DNA of 64,000 bases. Origin: Chthonomonadales bacterium (GTDB lineage: Bacteria; Armatimonadota; Chthonomonadetes; Chthonomonadales; CAJBBX01). Under the pieces are notes generated by a model, which was not told where the DNA came from, did no database searches, and saw only the letters and a list, made by a program, of their open reading frames with translations. Shown here piece by piece: positions 9,040-18,845 of this stretch; the first letter of the stretch is position 1; each line of letters begins with the position of its first letter. Location of the stretch: positions 64,001 through 128,000 of the forward strand of contig JBBIPC010000001.1 of assembly GCA_037443035.1 (NCBI GenBank). Direction: 5' to 3'. A program made the translations under genes and the position numbers.

Positions 9040-11454
9040 TTACTTGGCGGGCTCGAGGGCGAGCCGCAGAACCTCCGAGACGTCGGACACCGGTACAACT
9101 TTCAGCGCTGCACGTACGTCCGCGGGCACATCCTCCGTGAGATCCTTGAGGTTGCGCTTGGGGAGGATAACCGTGCGGATCCCAGCTCGGTGCGCTGCCA
9201 GGACCTTCTCCTTGACGCCCCCAACCGGTAGAACCTTGCCACTGAGTGTGATCTCCCCGGTCATAGCGAGACGAGAACGCACAGGCCTACTCGTGAACAG
9301 GCTGGCGAGCGCCGTCGCGATGGTGACACCTGCCGAAGGACCGTCCTTCGGGGTGGCGCCGGCTGGGACATGAATGTGGATATCATGAGATGCGTAGAAG
9401 TCCGGTGACGCGTCGAGGTCGGAGATGTGGGCACGCACGTAGGACAATGCGGCCTGGGCCGATTCCTGCATGACCTCCCCGAGCTGACCGGTAATAGTAA
9501 GCTGGGACGACCGGCTTGGGGGGACCGGCATGGCGGTCGCTTCGATGAAAACAATATCCCCGCCGACCGGCGTCCAGACGAGGCCGATGGCCACACCTGG
9601 GATGGACACGCGCTCGTCCAATTCTTCGCGTTCGTACCTTGGCACACCAAGGAACTGCTGGATCTGTTTGGGGCCGACGGTCATCCGGCGCCGCTTGCCT
9701 TCCGCGAAAGCGCGCGTTACCTTGCGGCATACGGTGGCGATGGCCCGCTCCAAGTTCCGGACGCCGGCTTCACGCGTATGATTGCGGATGATGGCGAGTA
9801 TTGCCTCTGGGGTTAGGGTCAGGCGACCTGCAATACCGTGTTCTGCCATCTGCTTTGGTATCAGGTAGCGAAGGGCGATTTGCACCTTTTCCTCTTCCGT
9901 GTAGCCGGGTAACTCGATGACCTCCATGCGGTCCCGGAGCGGCGGCAAGATGGTGTCCAGCATGTTCGCAGTCGTGATGAAGAGAACCTTACTGAGGTCG
10001 AACGGTACCTCGAGGTAGTGATCCCGGAACGAGAAGTTCTGCTCTGGGTCTAGGACTTCTAGCAGAGCCGAGGAGGGATCGCCACGGAAATCCGCCGTAA
10101 CCTTGTCGATCTCGTCCAGCATGAAGATGGGGTTATTGCTGCCAGCGCGGCGGATGCCCTGGATGATCTGGCCTGGCAGTGCGCCGACGTACGTGCGGCG
10201 GTGCCCCCGGATCTCCGCTTCGTCTCGAACGCCTCCCAAAGAGATGCGCACGAACTTCCTCCCCAGCGCACGGGCGATGGAACGGCCGAGGGATGTCTTG
10301 CCTACGCCTGGCGGACCTGCGAAGCAAAGGATGGGCTGCCTGAGTTCACCGCTCTTCTTGAACTTCCGGACCGCTAGAAACTCCAGAATCCTCTCTTTGA
10401 CCTTCTCCAAGCCATAGTGGTCTTCGTCGAGTATCGTCTTGACTTCGGCAAGGTCAAGGTTGTCCTCAGTCGCTGTTGCCCACGGAAGAGCGATAAGCCA
10501 GTCGATGTACGTTCTGGACACTGTGTATTCTGGCGCTGCCGTAGGCATGCGCGACAGCCGCTCCAGTTCGCGCTTTGCCTCACGCATGGCTTCTTCTGGC
10601 ATGCCCGAGGCATCGATCTTCTGCGCAAGCTCTTCGATCTCGCGCGTGCGTTCGTCGCCCTCACCGAGCTCCTTCTGAATCGCTTTGAGCTGCTCGCGCA
10701 AGTAGAACTCACGCTGAGCACGACCCAGCTTCGACGCGACGTCTGAGTGGAGCTTGCTGCCAAGTTCGAGTACCTGCACTTCGCGGGCGAGGAAGGCGAT
10801 GAGCTTCTGCATGCGCTCGAGCACAGGTATGGTCTCCAACACCTGCTGCCGCTCTTGTGTCGAAAGCTTGGGAATGTGCGCAGCGACGAGATCCGTAAGA
10901 ACCCCGGGATCCTGAACGCTGTTCACTAGTCCTTGCAGCTCGTCGGGTAGTTCCGGTGACAAGGCCACAGCCTTCTGAAACAGGGCTGCGATGCTGCGCT
11001 TGGCAGCCTCGACTTCCATTCCCTGCTCGTCAGGGATGCTAGCTTCGGGAATAGCGCGGACGCGAACACGCATGTATGGTTCTATCTGCAAGGCCTCAAC
11101 GACCTCGATGCGCGTGATGCCCTGGACAATGAGTCGGACCCCATCAGGAACCTGCATCATCATCCGGATGATCACGGCGACCCCGATCGAGTAGATATCG
11201 TCCAACGTCGGCTTCTCGACCCTCTCATCCTTCATGGTGAAGCAGGCGATGATGCGGTTGCCACCGACGACGGTCTCGTTCACCATGCGCACGGAGCTCT
11301 CCCGCCCAACGCTCAGGGGCGAGACGAGCACAGGGAACATGACGTAATCACGCAGTGGCAGGACGTTGAGGACCTCGGGCACGGGAATGCGGGTTACGTT
11401 CAGGCTCTGCTGATCTTCATCGTGCTCAGCGATATGGATCTCGTCGGCGCTCAT
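9040..11454 (-). CDS. lon: ATP-dependent Lon protease
   Basis: LON N-domain (LPLRD..MFP), Walker [23 protein letters not shown] catalytic Ser. Confidence 0.98.
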   Translation of the reverse strand: MSADEIHIAEHDEDQQSLNVTRIPVPEVLNVLPLRDYVMFPVLVSPLSVGRESSVRMVNETVVGGNRIIACFTMKDERVEKPTLDDIYSIGVAVIIRMMMQVPDGVRLIVQGITRIEVVEALQIEPYMRVRVRAIPEASIPDEQGMEVEAAKRSIAALFQKAVALSPELPDELQGLVNSVQDPGVLTDLVAAHIPKLSTQERQQVLETIPVLERMQKLIAFLAREVQVLELGSKLHSDVASKLGRAQREFYLREQLKAIQKELGEGDERTREIEELAQKIDASGMPEEAMREAKRELERLSRMPTAAPEYTVSRTYIDWLIALPWATATEDNLDLAEVKTILDEDHYGLEKVKERILEFLAVRKFKKSGELRQPILCFAGPPGVGKTSLGRSIARALGRKFVRISLGGVRDEAEIRGHRRTYVGALPGQIIQGIRRAGSNNPIFMLDEIDKVTADFRGDPSSALLEVLDPEQNFSFRDHYLEVPFDLSKVLFITTANMLDTILPPLRDRMEVIELPGYTEEEKVQIALRYLIPKQMAEHGIAGRLTLTPEAILAIIRNHTREAGVRNLERAIATVCRKVTRAFAEGKRRRMTVGPKQIQQFLGVPRYEREELDERVSIPGVAIGLVWTPVGGDIVFIEATAMPVPPSRSSQLTITGQLGEVMQESAQAALSYVRAHISDLDASPDFYASHDIHIHVPAGATPKDGPSAGVTIATALASLFTSRPVRSRLAMTGEITLSGKVLPVGGVKEKVLAAHRAGIRTVILPKRNLKDLTEDVPADVRAALKVVPVSDVSEVLRLALEPAK

Positions 11455-11918
11455 CAGGGCTCGTTTCCCGTGTTCACAGATATTCGGTGTAGTGACCGCT
11501 TGGGAAGCGTTACCTCCAGCATCCCATCGGAATACCGTGCCTTGAGTTCGTCGCGGCGGAACCGCATTCCCGCCGGTAGCCGCACTTGGGCTTCGAACGG
11601 TCCAAAGTAGATCTCCAGGCGATGACAGCGTGTCCGCGCCGCGCGTTCCGTTTCGCTCTCTCGCCGCTCACCGCTAACAGTGAGATGCCTGTCGTTACCA
11701 GAGAGGCTGACTTTCAGTGTCGAGCTATCGACGCCCGCAAGCTCCATCTTGACGATCACTGCGTCGTCCGTCTCGTAGACATCCACCCGTGGCTGCCAGA
11801 ATCTGTCCGGCGGGGGCTCACCGATGAGAAACGCCCGCATGGCCTCGTCTGCTAGGCGCTGCATTTCGCTTTCGACGCGGCGAATGATATCAACGTCTCG
11901 ATCCATGGTGTAGTCCAT
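11454..11918 (-). CDS. Small heat-shock protein (Hsp20/alpha-crystallin)
   Basis: WQPRVDVYET, ELAGV, EIYFGPFE, ARYSDGMLEVTLPK. Confidence 0.92.
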   Translation of the reverse strand: MDYTMDRDVDIIRRVESEMQRLADEAMRAFLIGEPPPDRFWQPRVDVYETDDAVIVKMELAGVDSSTLKVSLSGNDRHLTVSGERRESETERAARTRCHRLEIYFGPFEAQVRLPAGMRFRRDELKARYSDGMLEVTLPKRSLHRISVNTGNEP

Positions 11919-12043
11919 TGGCGGATTACCTCGGGTACATACCGAATGAGGGCCGCGGCAGAGAGAATGCTAGGATCCAGCGGGTATCTCGCCGAGCGAC
12001 TCAGAACCTATAATAGAACAGATTACCCAGAAGGACGAGCACC

Positions 12044-14602
12044 ATGCCCTCCACCCTGCACGTCGTTTCGCACACGCACTGGGACCGCGAATGGTACCTG
12101 CCGTTCGAGGCGTTCCGACTGCGCCTCGTCGACCTCATAGACCATCTGCTGGAAATCCTCGACTCGGATCCGACCTTTCACCATTTCAGTCTGGACGCTC
12201 AGACCATTGTCCTGGAAGATTACCTGGCCATACGTCCCGAAGCGCGCGATCGGCTGGCCCGCCACATCGAGCAGGGACGCATCGCTGTAGGCCCGTGGTA
12301 TCAACTGAACGATGAGTTTCTAGTCAGCGGAGAGGCAACGGTCCGCAGTCTACTGCTCGGTCACCGGATCGCTAAGGCCTTTGGTGGCTGCATGAAGGTC
12401 GGCTACCTTCCCGATCAGTTCGGCAACATCTCCCAGATGCCTCAGATCCTCCGTGGTTTCGGTATCGACAACGCGATCATGGGGCGTGGACGGCAGCTCG
12501 CCGGCGATAGGAAGATGGAGTTCTGGTGGGAATCGCCGGATGGCTCGAGAGTGCTGTCGTCGCTCATGGCGTACTGGTACAACAATGCTCAGTATATACC
12601 GACTGACAAGGACGACGCTGTTGCGTTCTTCGAGCACCTTCGCGATATCATGCGGAATCGGTCCGCGGCAAGCCACCTGCTGCTGATGAACGGTGTGGAT
12701 CATCTCGAGGCGGAGCCCTGGGTGGGGAGCGTAATCGCGGAAGTGGGGCCGGTGCTGCACGAGCGGAGTGGAGATCAGCTCGTGCACAGCTCCTTGACTG
12801 CGTACGTGGATGCTCTTCGGACAGAGGTGCAGGAGCGAAGTCTTGAGCTGGAGACGGTTGTCGGGGAGTTGCGCGAGGATCGTGGCGGTGCATGTCTCGC
12901 AGGAACGCTGTCCACCCGTGTCTATCTGAAGCAAGTTAACGACGAAGCCCAGACCGAGGTCGAGCGGTACGCGGAGCCTCTGTCGGCTTTCGCCTGGATA
13001 CATGGCAGTCCATACCCAGCGGGCCAGCTTCGCTACGCTTGGAAGCTGCTCATGCAGAACCACCCTCATGACTCCATCTGTGGCTGTAGTGTGGACGACG
13101 TGCACGACGAGATGATGACGCGCTTCCGCTGCGTGAGACAGGTGGCGAGCGCAGTCGTGGGTCGGGCGACGGACCACTTGACTGGAAGAGACCGGACTAC
13201 GGGCGCAGTAGCCTTGCCTTGCGAACTGTACGTGTTCAATCCGTTGAACTGGGAACGGACGGATCCCGTCCGAGTAGTCTTGGAGCTGCCCCTGGGACCA
13301 CCATCGCGCGGCAGTGCTCAGCGGTCTGCTGACGCGGTCATTCGCGGGTTGCGCATCACCGATCCAGACGGTGAGGAAGTCCCCTACGAGGTCACCGCGA
13401 ATGAGACCGTGATCACCATGGTGACGAATCCACTCGAACTCCCGCTGGAGCAATGGGTGCAACGGATCGCCGTCCAGTTCGTAGCGACGAAAGTCCCCGC
13501 CTGCGGCTATGCGATCTACCGTGTGGAACCGGCGGATGGATGGTACACGCAGGACGCGGCATGGGTTAGAGAGGAGGACAGTGTTGCTGCCCCCGACCTG
13601 GAAGACGGTGGGGATGCTGGCGATGAATACCTCTACCGGCCTCCGTTGAAGGACGTCACAGTCAGGCTTAGTCTGGCTTGCGAGCCGGACTGGGGGCTAC
13701 AGGCAAGCGCTGTGCGACGCACGCGGATCGTCAGATCGCGTCTCCTGCTACCTGAGCGGTCGGATGCCAGCCAGCGGTCGGAAAACTTGGTCGAGTGTCC
13801 TGTGCGTCTGGAGATCACGAACTGGCGTGATCTGGAGCGCGTCGAGTTGCGGCTCGAGATGGACAATCGTGCCACAGACCATCGGCTGCGGAGCGTGTTT
13901 TGGGTCGGTGGCGGATCCAAGGTCGTGGCAGGAGGCCAGTTCGATGCGATCGTGCGGCCGGCGCGGCCGGAGCATGTCGCCGAGGGAGCGTCCCCGTTCT
14001 ATCCCATGTCACTATGGGTAGATACCGTGGAGCGGCGATCCGGGAAGGGGCTTACGGTGATCGCTCCTGGGATCCATGAATTCGAAGCGTACACGGACGC
14101 GACTGGCGCGATTTGCGAGATCGCCCTCACGCTGCTCCGGTGCGTGGGCCAGCTCAGCGGCCGCGGCGATGGACCGGGCGTCTCCACTCCAGGTGCCCAA
14201 TGTCTCGGCAAACAGGCTTTCTCGATGGCAGTCTGGGAACATGAGCACGATTGGCAAGAGGACGAGGTCTGGAAACAGGCGCACCAGTTTGCGGTGCCTC
14301 TGCTGGCAGTGCAAGCTCCAGCCTCTGTTGCCAAACCGCGTCGTGCCAGCTACCTCCAGGTAACGCCGGCTTCACTCATTGTGAGTGCGGTGAAAAAAGC
14401 GGAAGACAGGGACGGACTGATCGTCCGCTTCTACAATACTACGGAAGCACTAGTTGAGACGGGGCAGGTGAGCGTGCCACCAGCCCAGCGCTGGCGCCGG
14501 GTCAACCTGAACGAGGATGTGCTTGAGGGCTGGCACGAGGGCGACACAGCCCAGCTTCGCGTGCGCCCCAAGGAAATCGTGACGTTGGAGTTCGGCTTGT
14601 GA
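12044..14602 (+). CDS. GH38 alpha-mannosidase (MngB-like)
   Basis: HTHWDREWY, GPWY, YLPDQFG nucleophile motif, HPHDSICGCS; TATAAT at 12009-12014 upstream. Confidence 0.92.
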   Translation: MPSTLHVVSHTHWDREWYLPFEAFRLRLVDLIDHLLEILDSDPTFHHFSLDAQTIVLEDYLAIRPEARDRLARHIEQGRIAVGPWYQLNDEFLVSGEATVRSLLLGHRIAKAFGGCMKVGYLPDQFGNISQMPQILRGFGIDNAIMGRGRQLAGDRKMEFWWESPDGSRVLSSLMAYWYNNAQYIPTDKDDAVAFFEHLRDIMRNRSAASHLLLMNGVDHLEAEPWVGSVIAEVGPVLHERSGDQLVHSSLTAYVDALRTEVQERSLELETVVGELREDRGGACLAGTLSTRVYLKQVNDEAQTEVERYAEPLSAFAWIHGSPYPAGQLRYAWKLLMQNHPHDSICGCSVDDVHDEMMTRFRCVRQVASAVVGRATDHLTGRDRTTGAVALPCELYVFNPLNWERTDPVRVVLELPLGPPSRGSAQRSADAVIRGLRITDPDGEEVPYEVTANETVITMVTNPLELPLEQWVQRIAVQFVATKVPACGYAIYRVEPADGWYTQDAAWVREEDSVAAPDLEDGGDAGDEYLYRPPLKDVTVRLSLACEPDWGLQASAVRRTRIVRSRLLLPERSDASQRSENLVECPVRLEITNWRDLERVELRLEMDNRATDHRLRSVFWVGGGSKVVAGGQFDAIVRPARPEHVAEGASPFYPMSLWVDTVERRSGKGLTVIAPGIHEFEAYTDATGAICEIALTLLRCVGQLSGRGDGPGVSTPGAQCLGKQAFSMAVWEHEHDWQEDEVWKQAHQFAVPLLAVQAPASVAKPRRASYLQVTPASLIVSAVKKAEDRDGLIVRFYNTTEALVETGQVSVPPAQRWRRVNLNEDVLEGWHEGDTAQLRVRPKEIVTLEFGL

Positions 14603-15834
14603 GCATCCGGATCACCGAGGTTAGGGTCGTTGTCACGTGCCCGGGACGCAACTACGTCTTCGTCAAGGTCCTGACGAGCGAGCCAGGCCTACATGGGGTA
14701 GGAGATGCCACCCTGAACGGGCGGGAGCTAGCAGTCGCTACGGCGTTGCGCGATCACATAGCGCCGCTCCTAATTGGGAAGGACCCTGATCGAATCGAAG
14801 ACACATGGCAAGAACTCTATCGTGGAACCTACTGGCGTGGCGGACCTGTACTGATGACGGCACTGGCTGGCATAGACCTGGCCCTCTGGGACATCAAGGG
14901 TAAGCGCGCCGGGCTGCCGCTCTATTCGCTGCTTGGTGGACGAACGCGCGAAGGGGCGCTTGCGTACACGCACGCAGGTGGTCGCGACAGTAGCGAAGTC
15001 GAGGACGGGATTCGGGCGGCCATGGCGAGGGGATTCAAGGCTGTGCGTGCGCAAGTGGCCGTGCCTCAAGCAAGCGGGACCTACGGAGTTGGCGGACGAA
15101 CCGAGGCCGCCTCGGCAACATGGCCGTCACCCGACGGCGCACCAATGCCGTTTGTCGAGCGCAATTGGGAGCCGTCTGCGTACCTTCAGGTGGTCCCGCG
15201 TCTCTTCGAGGATCTTCGCAGCCGTCTTGGCGAGGACGTACAGCTTCTCCACGATGTGCACGAACGCTTAAGCCCCGTCCAGGCGGCCCGTCTGGCGCGG
15301 GAGCTGGAGCCCTATCACCTGTTCTTTCTCGAGGATCCCTTGCGGCCGGAGCACAAGGAGAGTTTTCGGCTTGTGCGCCATGCATCGTCAACTCCTCTCG
15401 CCATGGGTGAGCTGTTTCATAGCAAGTACGACTGTCTGCCGCTGATCACAGAGCAGCTCATTGACTTCGTGCGATGCGATCTGGGTCACATAGGAGGCAT
15501 CACGGAGGCGCGCAAGATCGCGGCCATCGCGGAACCATACCAGGTCCAGACCGCATGGCACGGTCCAGGAGATGTGGGTCCGCCGACCCATGCGGCTAAC
15601 GTGCATCTGGATTGCAGTGTGCCGAACTTCGGTATACAGGAGATGGTGTTCTTCCCTGACGCGGTGCACGAGATCTGCCCAGGCGCGCCCGAGTTCCGCG
15701 ATGGCTACCTTGTGCCGTCGGAAGCACCTGGTCTCGGGGTGGACCTGGACGAGTCCGCTGCTGCTAAGTACCCGTATCGGCGTGCCTATCTGCCGACTGT
15801 ACGGCGGGCCGACGGCAGTGTGCATGACTGGTAA
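14599..15834 (+). CDS. Enolase-superfamily acid-sugar dehydratase, D-mannonate dehydratase ManD/RspA subgroup
   Basis: TCPGRNYV..K, GDATLNGRELAV, YWRGGP, LHDVHER, FFLED, MGE, WHG, FGIQE. Confidence 0.88.
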   Translation: MSIRITEVRVVVTCPGRNYVFVKVLTSEPGLHGVGDATLNGRELAVATALRDHIAPLLIGKDPDRIEDTWQELYRGTYWRGGPVLMTALAGIDLALWDIKGKRAGLPLYSLLGGRTREGALAYTHAGGRDSSEVEDGIRAAMARGFKAVRAQVAVPQASGTYGVGGRTEAASATWPSPDGAPMPFVERNWEPSAYLQVVPRLFEDLRSRLGEDVQLLHDVHERLSPVQAARLARELEPYHLFFLEDPLRPEHKESFRLVRHASSTPLAMGELFHSKYDCLPLITEQLIDFVRCDLGHIGGITEARKIAAIAEPYQVQTAWHGPGDVGPPTHAANVHLDCSVPNFGIQEMVFFPDAVHEICPGAPEFRDGYLVPSEAPGLGVDLDESAAAKYPYRRAYLPTVRRADGSVHDW

Positions 15835-15847
15835 GGGAGCACGGGAT

Positions 15848-16675
15848 ATGCGCATTCTTCTTCTATGCGACATGGAAGGCGTAAGTGGCATCCAATCGTG
15901 GGAGCACGTCGGAGGGAACACACCGCTCTACGAAGAGGGCCGACGGCTCTACACGGAGGAAGTGAATGCCGCAGTCAGAGGCTGTCTCGCCGGAGGTGCG
16001 ACGTCGGTTGTCGCTCATGACGGGCACGGCGGTGCGTATCAGGGCTGCCGCAGCTTCATGAACTGGATACCCGACCGATTGCATCCTGGTGCTGAGTACG
16101 TTCGCGGCTACCGCTGGGCGTGCTATGTCGCGCCCCTGGAGAGTGGGGAATGCGATGCCGTGGCGTTCGTCGGTGCCCATGCTCGAGCCGGGCAAGAGCG
16201 AGGAGTGCTGGCGCATACGATCAGCTCGGAGGCGGGCTACGTTGTGCGACTGAACGGACAGGAGGTCAGTGAATCGTGCATTCTGGCGGCCATAGCAGGT
16301 AGTTTCGGCGTCCCTGCCATCTGCATCTCGGGAGATCAGCTTGCGTGCGATGAGCTCGAAGAGTTCGTGGGCGCACCGATCATCACGGCACCAGTGAAAC
16401 GCGGGCTTGGACCCTTCGGTGCACGGATGTTAGCGCCTTCTGCGGCATGCGCACTCATCGAGAGTCGGTTTCGCGAGGCGGTGGCTGACAGAACGTCATG
16501 GCCGAGGCCGGTTGCAGTTCCCGAGTCGGTGGTCATTAGCGTGCAGGCCGCGGTGCCTGAGCGCATCGGTTCCTTCGCACGCCGCAAGGGCGTTACGGTG
16601 GTGGACGAGCGGACCGTCCAAGCGCGAGGAAGCACGTTCTGGGAGGCGTGGAGTCTGCTGTGGTCCCCAGCGTAG
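15848..16675 (+). CDS. M55 family metallopeptidase (DppA-like D-aminopeptidase)
   Basis: CDMEGVSG, DGHG, VGAHAR, LAHT, ISGD; true start inferred at ATG 15848 after AAGGGAG. Confidence 0.88.
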   Translation: MRILLLCDMEGVSGIQSWEHVGGNTPLYEEGRRLYTEEVNAAVRGCLAGGATSVVAHDGHGGAYQGCRSFMNWIPDRLHPGAEYVRGYRWACYVAPLESGECDAVAFVGAHARAGQERGVLAHTISSEAGYVVRLNGQEVSESCILAAIAGSFGVPAICISGDQLACDELEEFVGAPIITAPVKRGLGPFGARMLAPSAACALIESRFREAVADRTSWPRPVAVPESVVISVQAAVPERIGSFARRKGVTVVDERTVQARGSTFWEAWSLLWSPA

Positions 16676-16796
16676 CCGTTGTCTCTTGCAGGGAGCCCAT
16701 CGTGCCGACGCGAATCATGCAGATAGGGCGGTGGCCGGAGGAGAATTGCATCGGGAGTCATCGTGCGGACATGCGCGTTTGGGAGAGTGCGGCATC

Positions 16797-17738
16797 ATGA
16801 CTGAGATCACGTGTCTCGGTATTCTGGTTGCAGACTTGTTGGGGAGGCCCATTGACGCTTTGCCGCCGAGGGGACGTCTGGGCCTCGTAGACGAGATGAC
16901 ACTGCACATTGGTGGGTGTGCCTCGAATACGGGCATAGACTTGGCACGGCTGGGGGTTGCAACAGCGGTCCTGGGGAAAGTTGGGGCCGATGGACTGGGA
17001 GACTTTATCGTTCGAACACTGGAGCAGAACCAGGTGGATACGCAGGGAGTGAAACGGGATCCCGCGACTACGACCTCTGCGACCATGGTACTGGTGAGTA
17101 TCGATGGAGAGCGCACGTTCCTGCACCATCTTGGGGGCAACGCTCATTTCACCGAGGACGACGTGGACTGGACAGTGGTCCGCAGCTCGCGAATCCTCCA
17201 CGTAGCCGGTGCTCTTGTCATGCCTGCTCTGGACGGTCAGCCGATGGCGCGGGTGCTCCAGCGGGCGAAATCCCTGGGTCTCATGACATCACTGGACACG
17301 GTCTGGGATGCGACGGGGAAATGGATGCAGACGCTCAGACCGTGTCTGCCTCACACCGACTTCTTCATGCCAAGCTTGAGTGAAGCCATAGAGCTGACCG
17401 GGCTACAAGATCCGAGAGACGTGGCTAGGGCACTTCGAGATGAGGGTGTCGGTACGGTGTGCTTGAAGCTCGGCGAAGAGGGCTGCTATATCCAGACCAG
17501 GGATGCGGAGGTGAGGATGCCCGTCTTCCGTGTGAAGCCAGTGGATGGCACGGGAACCGGCGACGCATGGGATGCCGGTTTTCTGATGGGCGTGCTGCGT
17601 CGCTGGGACATCGAGAGCTCTGCGCGCTTCGCCAACGCGGTCGGAGCATTGTGCGTGACAGCGATCGGCGCAACCGCAGGCATCCGGACCATGGAGGAGA
17701 CCCTGCACTTCATGGAGACAACCCCTATGGCCACGTGA
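16797..17738 (+). CDS. PfkB family carbohydrate kinase
   Basis: GGCASNT..DLARLG, GKVGADGLG, DGTGTGDAW anion-hole motif. Confidence 0.92.
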   Translation: MTEITCLGILVADLLGRPIDALPPRGRLGLVDEMTLHIGGCASNTGIDLARLGVATAVLGKVGADGLGDFIVRTLEQNQVDTQGVKRDPATTTSATMVLVSIDGERTFLHHLGGNAHFTEDDVDWTVVRSSRILHVAGALVMPALDGQPMARVLQRAKSLGLMTSLDTVWDATGKWMQTLRPCLPHTDFFMPSLSEAIELTGLQDPRDVARALRDEGVGTVCLKLGEEGCYIQTRDAEVRMPVFRVKPVDGTGTGDAWDAGFLMGVLRRWDIESSARFANAVGALCVTAIGATAGIRTMEETLHFMETTPMAT

Positions 17739-17756
17739 GGGCCGGTGAGGAAAGCG

Positions 17757-18845
17757 CTATTGCAGCCGATCGCGTGCCGCTGTCGGCCAGCGTTCCCTGA
17801 CGGATTCACCCTCGACAACCCAGAGCCATGGGTACATATTGACGCACGTGCAAGCATGCGCCGGCACGATGCGCAGCTTCTGCCCCACCTTCGGTCGAAG
17901 GTGGCTCAGACCGAGGTGGAGATGGCCGTGCTCCTCGCTGCACCAGTCCACACGCGCGAACGGATCTCCATGGACGTAGCCGTACCCGTGGATAGGATCT
18001 CTGTCGCCCGAGAGGGACTTGCTACCTGCGTCGAGAAGCGCTTCGGTTGGTGACGGCGTGGCAACAACGCTCGCCAGCACGGAGAGAGCGCACCGATCTG
18101 GCGGCGCTCCGAGGCGTACCTGTGTGGCATCGTGGAAGACGTAGTTGCCAGGACGCATCTCGGTCACCATGGGCATGCGGGCCATGGTCTCCGCTGTTGG
18201 CGTACTACCTACGCTGACCACCTCCAGCGGATGGTCACCATGCAGCTCAATAGCGTCTCGACACGCGACAAGGCGGCGTATCACATCCTCACACAAGGCT
18301 GTCAGCGTTGGCGCAGTGGCCCTGTATGCGTGACCCTCATGCGTGTAGACGCCGCGCAGTCTCAAGCGGTGGTATCGGTGTGCAACCGAGGACAGCACGG
18401 CGGCCTGCTCGGGATCTCTGACACCAGCGCGTCCGTGGCCCGTGTCTACCTCGATCAGAATGCGAATCTCCACACCGGCGCGATCAGCAGCCTCGCCGAT
18501 GGGCTCGAGTACCGCAGCGCTGTCGACGCCTATCGTTAGGGCGCACTCATGTGCAAGCCGTACGAGTCGCTGCAGTTTCTGTTCACCTACAACCAAGTTG
18601 GCGATGAAGATATCAGTGAAACCTGCTGCGGCGAATACCTCCGCCTCGCCAAGCTTGGCCACCGTGATACCACCGGCACCTGCCTTCACTTGCATCGAGG
18701 CGATCTCGATGCACTTATGGGTCTTGGTGTGTGGCCGCAAGACCTTGCCAGCCGTCGTGACTACGTCCGTCATCCTGGCAATGTTGCGCTCGAGGATCGT
18801 GTAGTCTACGATGAGGGCAGGCGTATCGAGATCGTAGAGGTTCAT
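17757..18845 (-). CDS. Fold-type III PLP enzyme, D-threonine aldolase / D-serine dehydratase (DSD1) family
   Basis: LDTPAL, RPHTKTHK (PLP Lys), EVDTG..RAG, RPGNYVF, SEEHG, PAHAC. Confidence 0.88.
   Translation of the reverse strand: MNLYDLDTPALIVDYTILERNIARMTDVVTTAGKVLRPHTKTHKCIEIASMQVKAGAGGITVAKLGEAEVFAAAGFTDIFIANLVVGEQKLQRLVRLAHECALTIGVDSAAVLEPIGEAADRAGVEIRILIEVDTGHGRAGVRDPEQAAVLSSVAHRYHRLRLRGVYTHEGHAYRATAPTLTALCEDVIRRLVACRDAIELHGDHPLEVVSVGSTPTAETMARMPMVTEMRPGNYVFHDATQVRLGAPPDRCALSVLASVVATPSPTEALLDAGSKSLSGDRDPIHGYGYVHGDPFARVDWCSEEHGHLHLGLSHLRPKVGQKLRIVPAHACTCVNMYPWLWVVEGESVRERWPTAARDRLQ

Noticed and set aside
11919..12043. CIRCE or HAIR heat-shock operator upstream of hsp20-lon
   Set aside because: No TTAGCACTC-N9-GAGTGCTAA or CTTGAGT-N7-ACTCAAG
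12350..13462. 370-aa minus-strand ORF
   Set aside because: Antisense shadow of the GH38 gene
15572..15847. N-terminal extensions in the ORF track (M55; likewise PfkB, aroQ, queD, DUF1559, sialidase, aspartyl protease)
   Set aside because: They overlap upstream genes or promoters, or lack an SD; family homology begins at the downstream start codons
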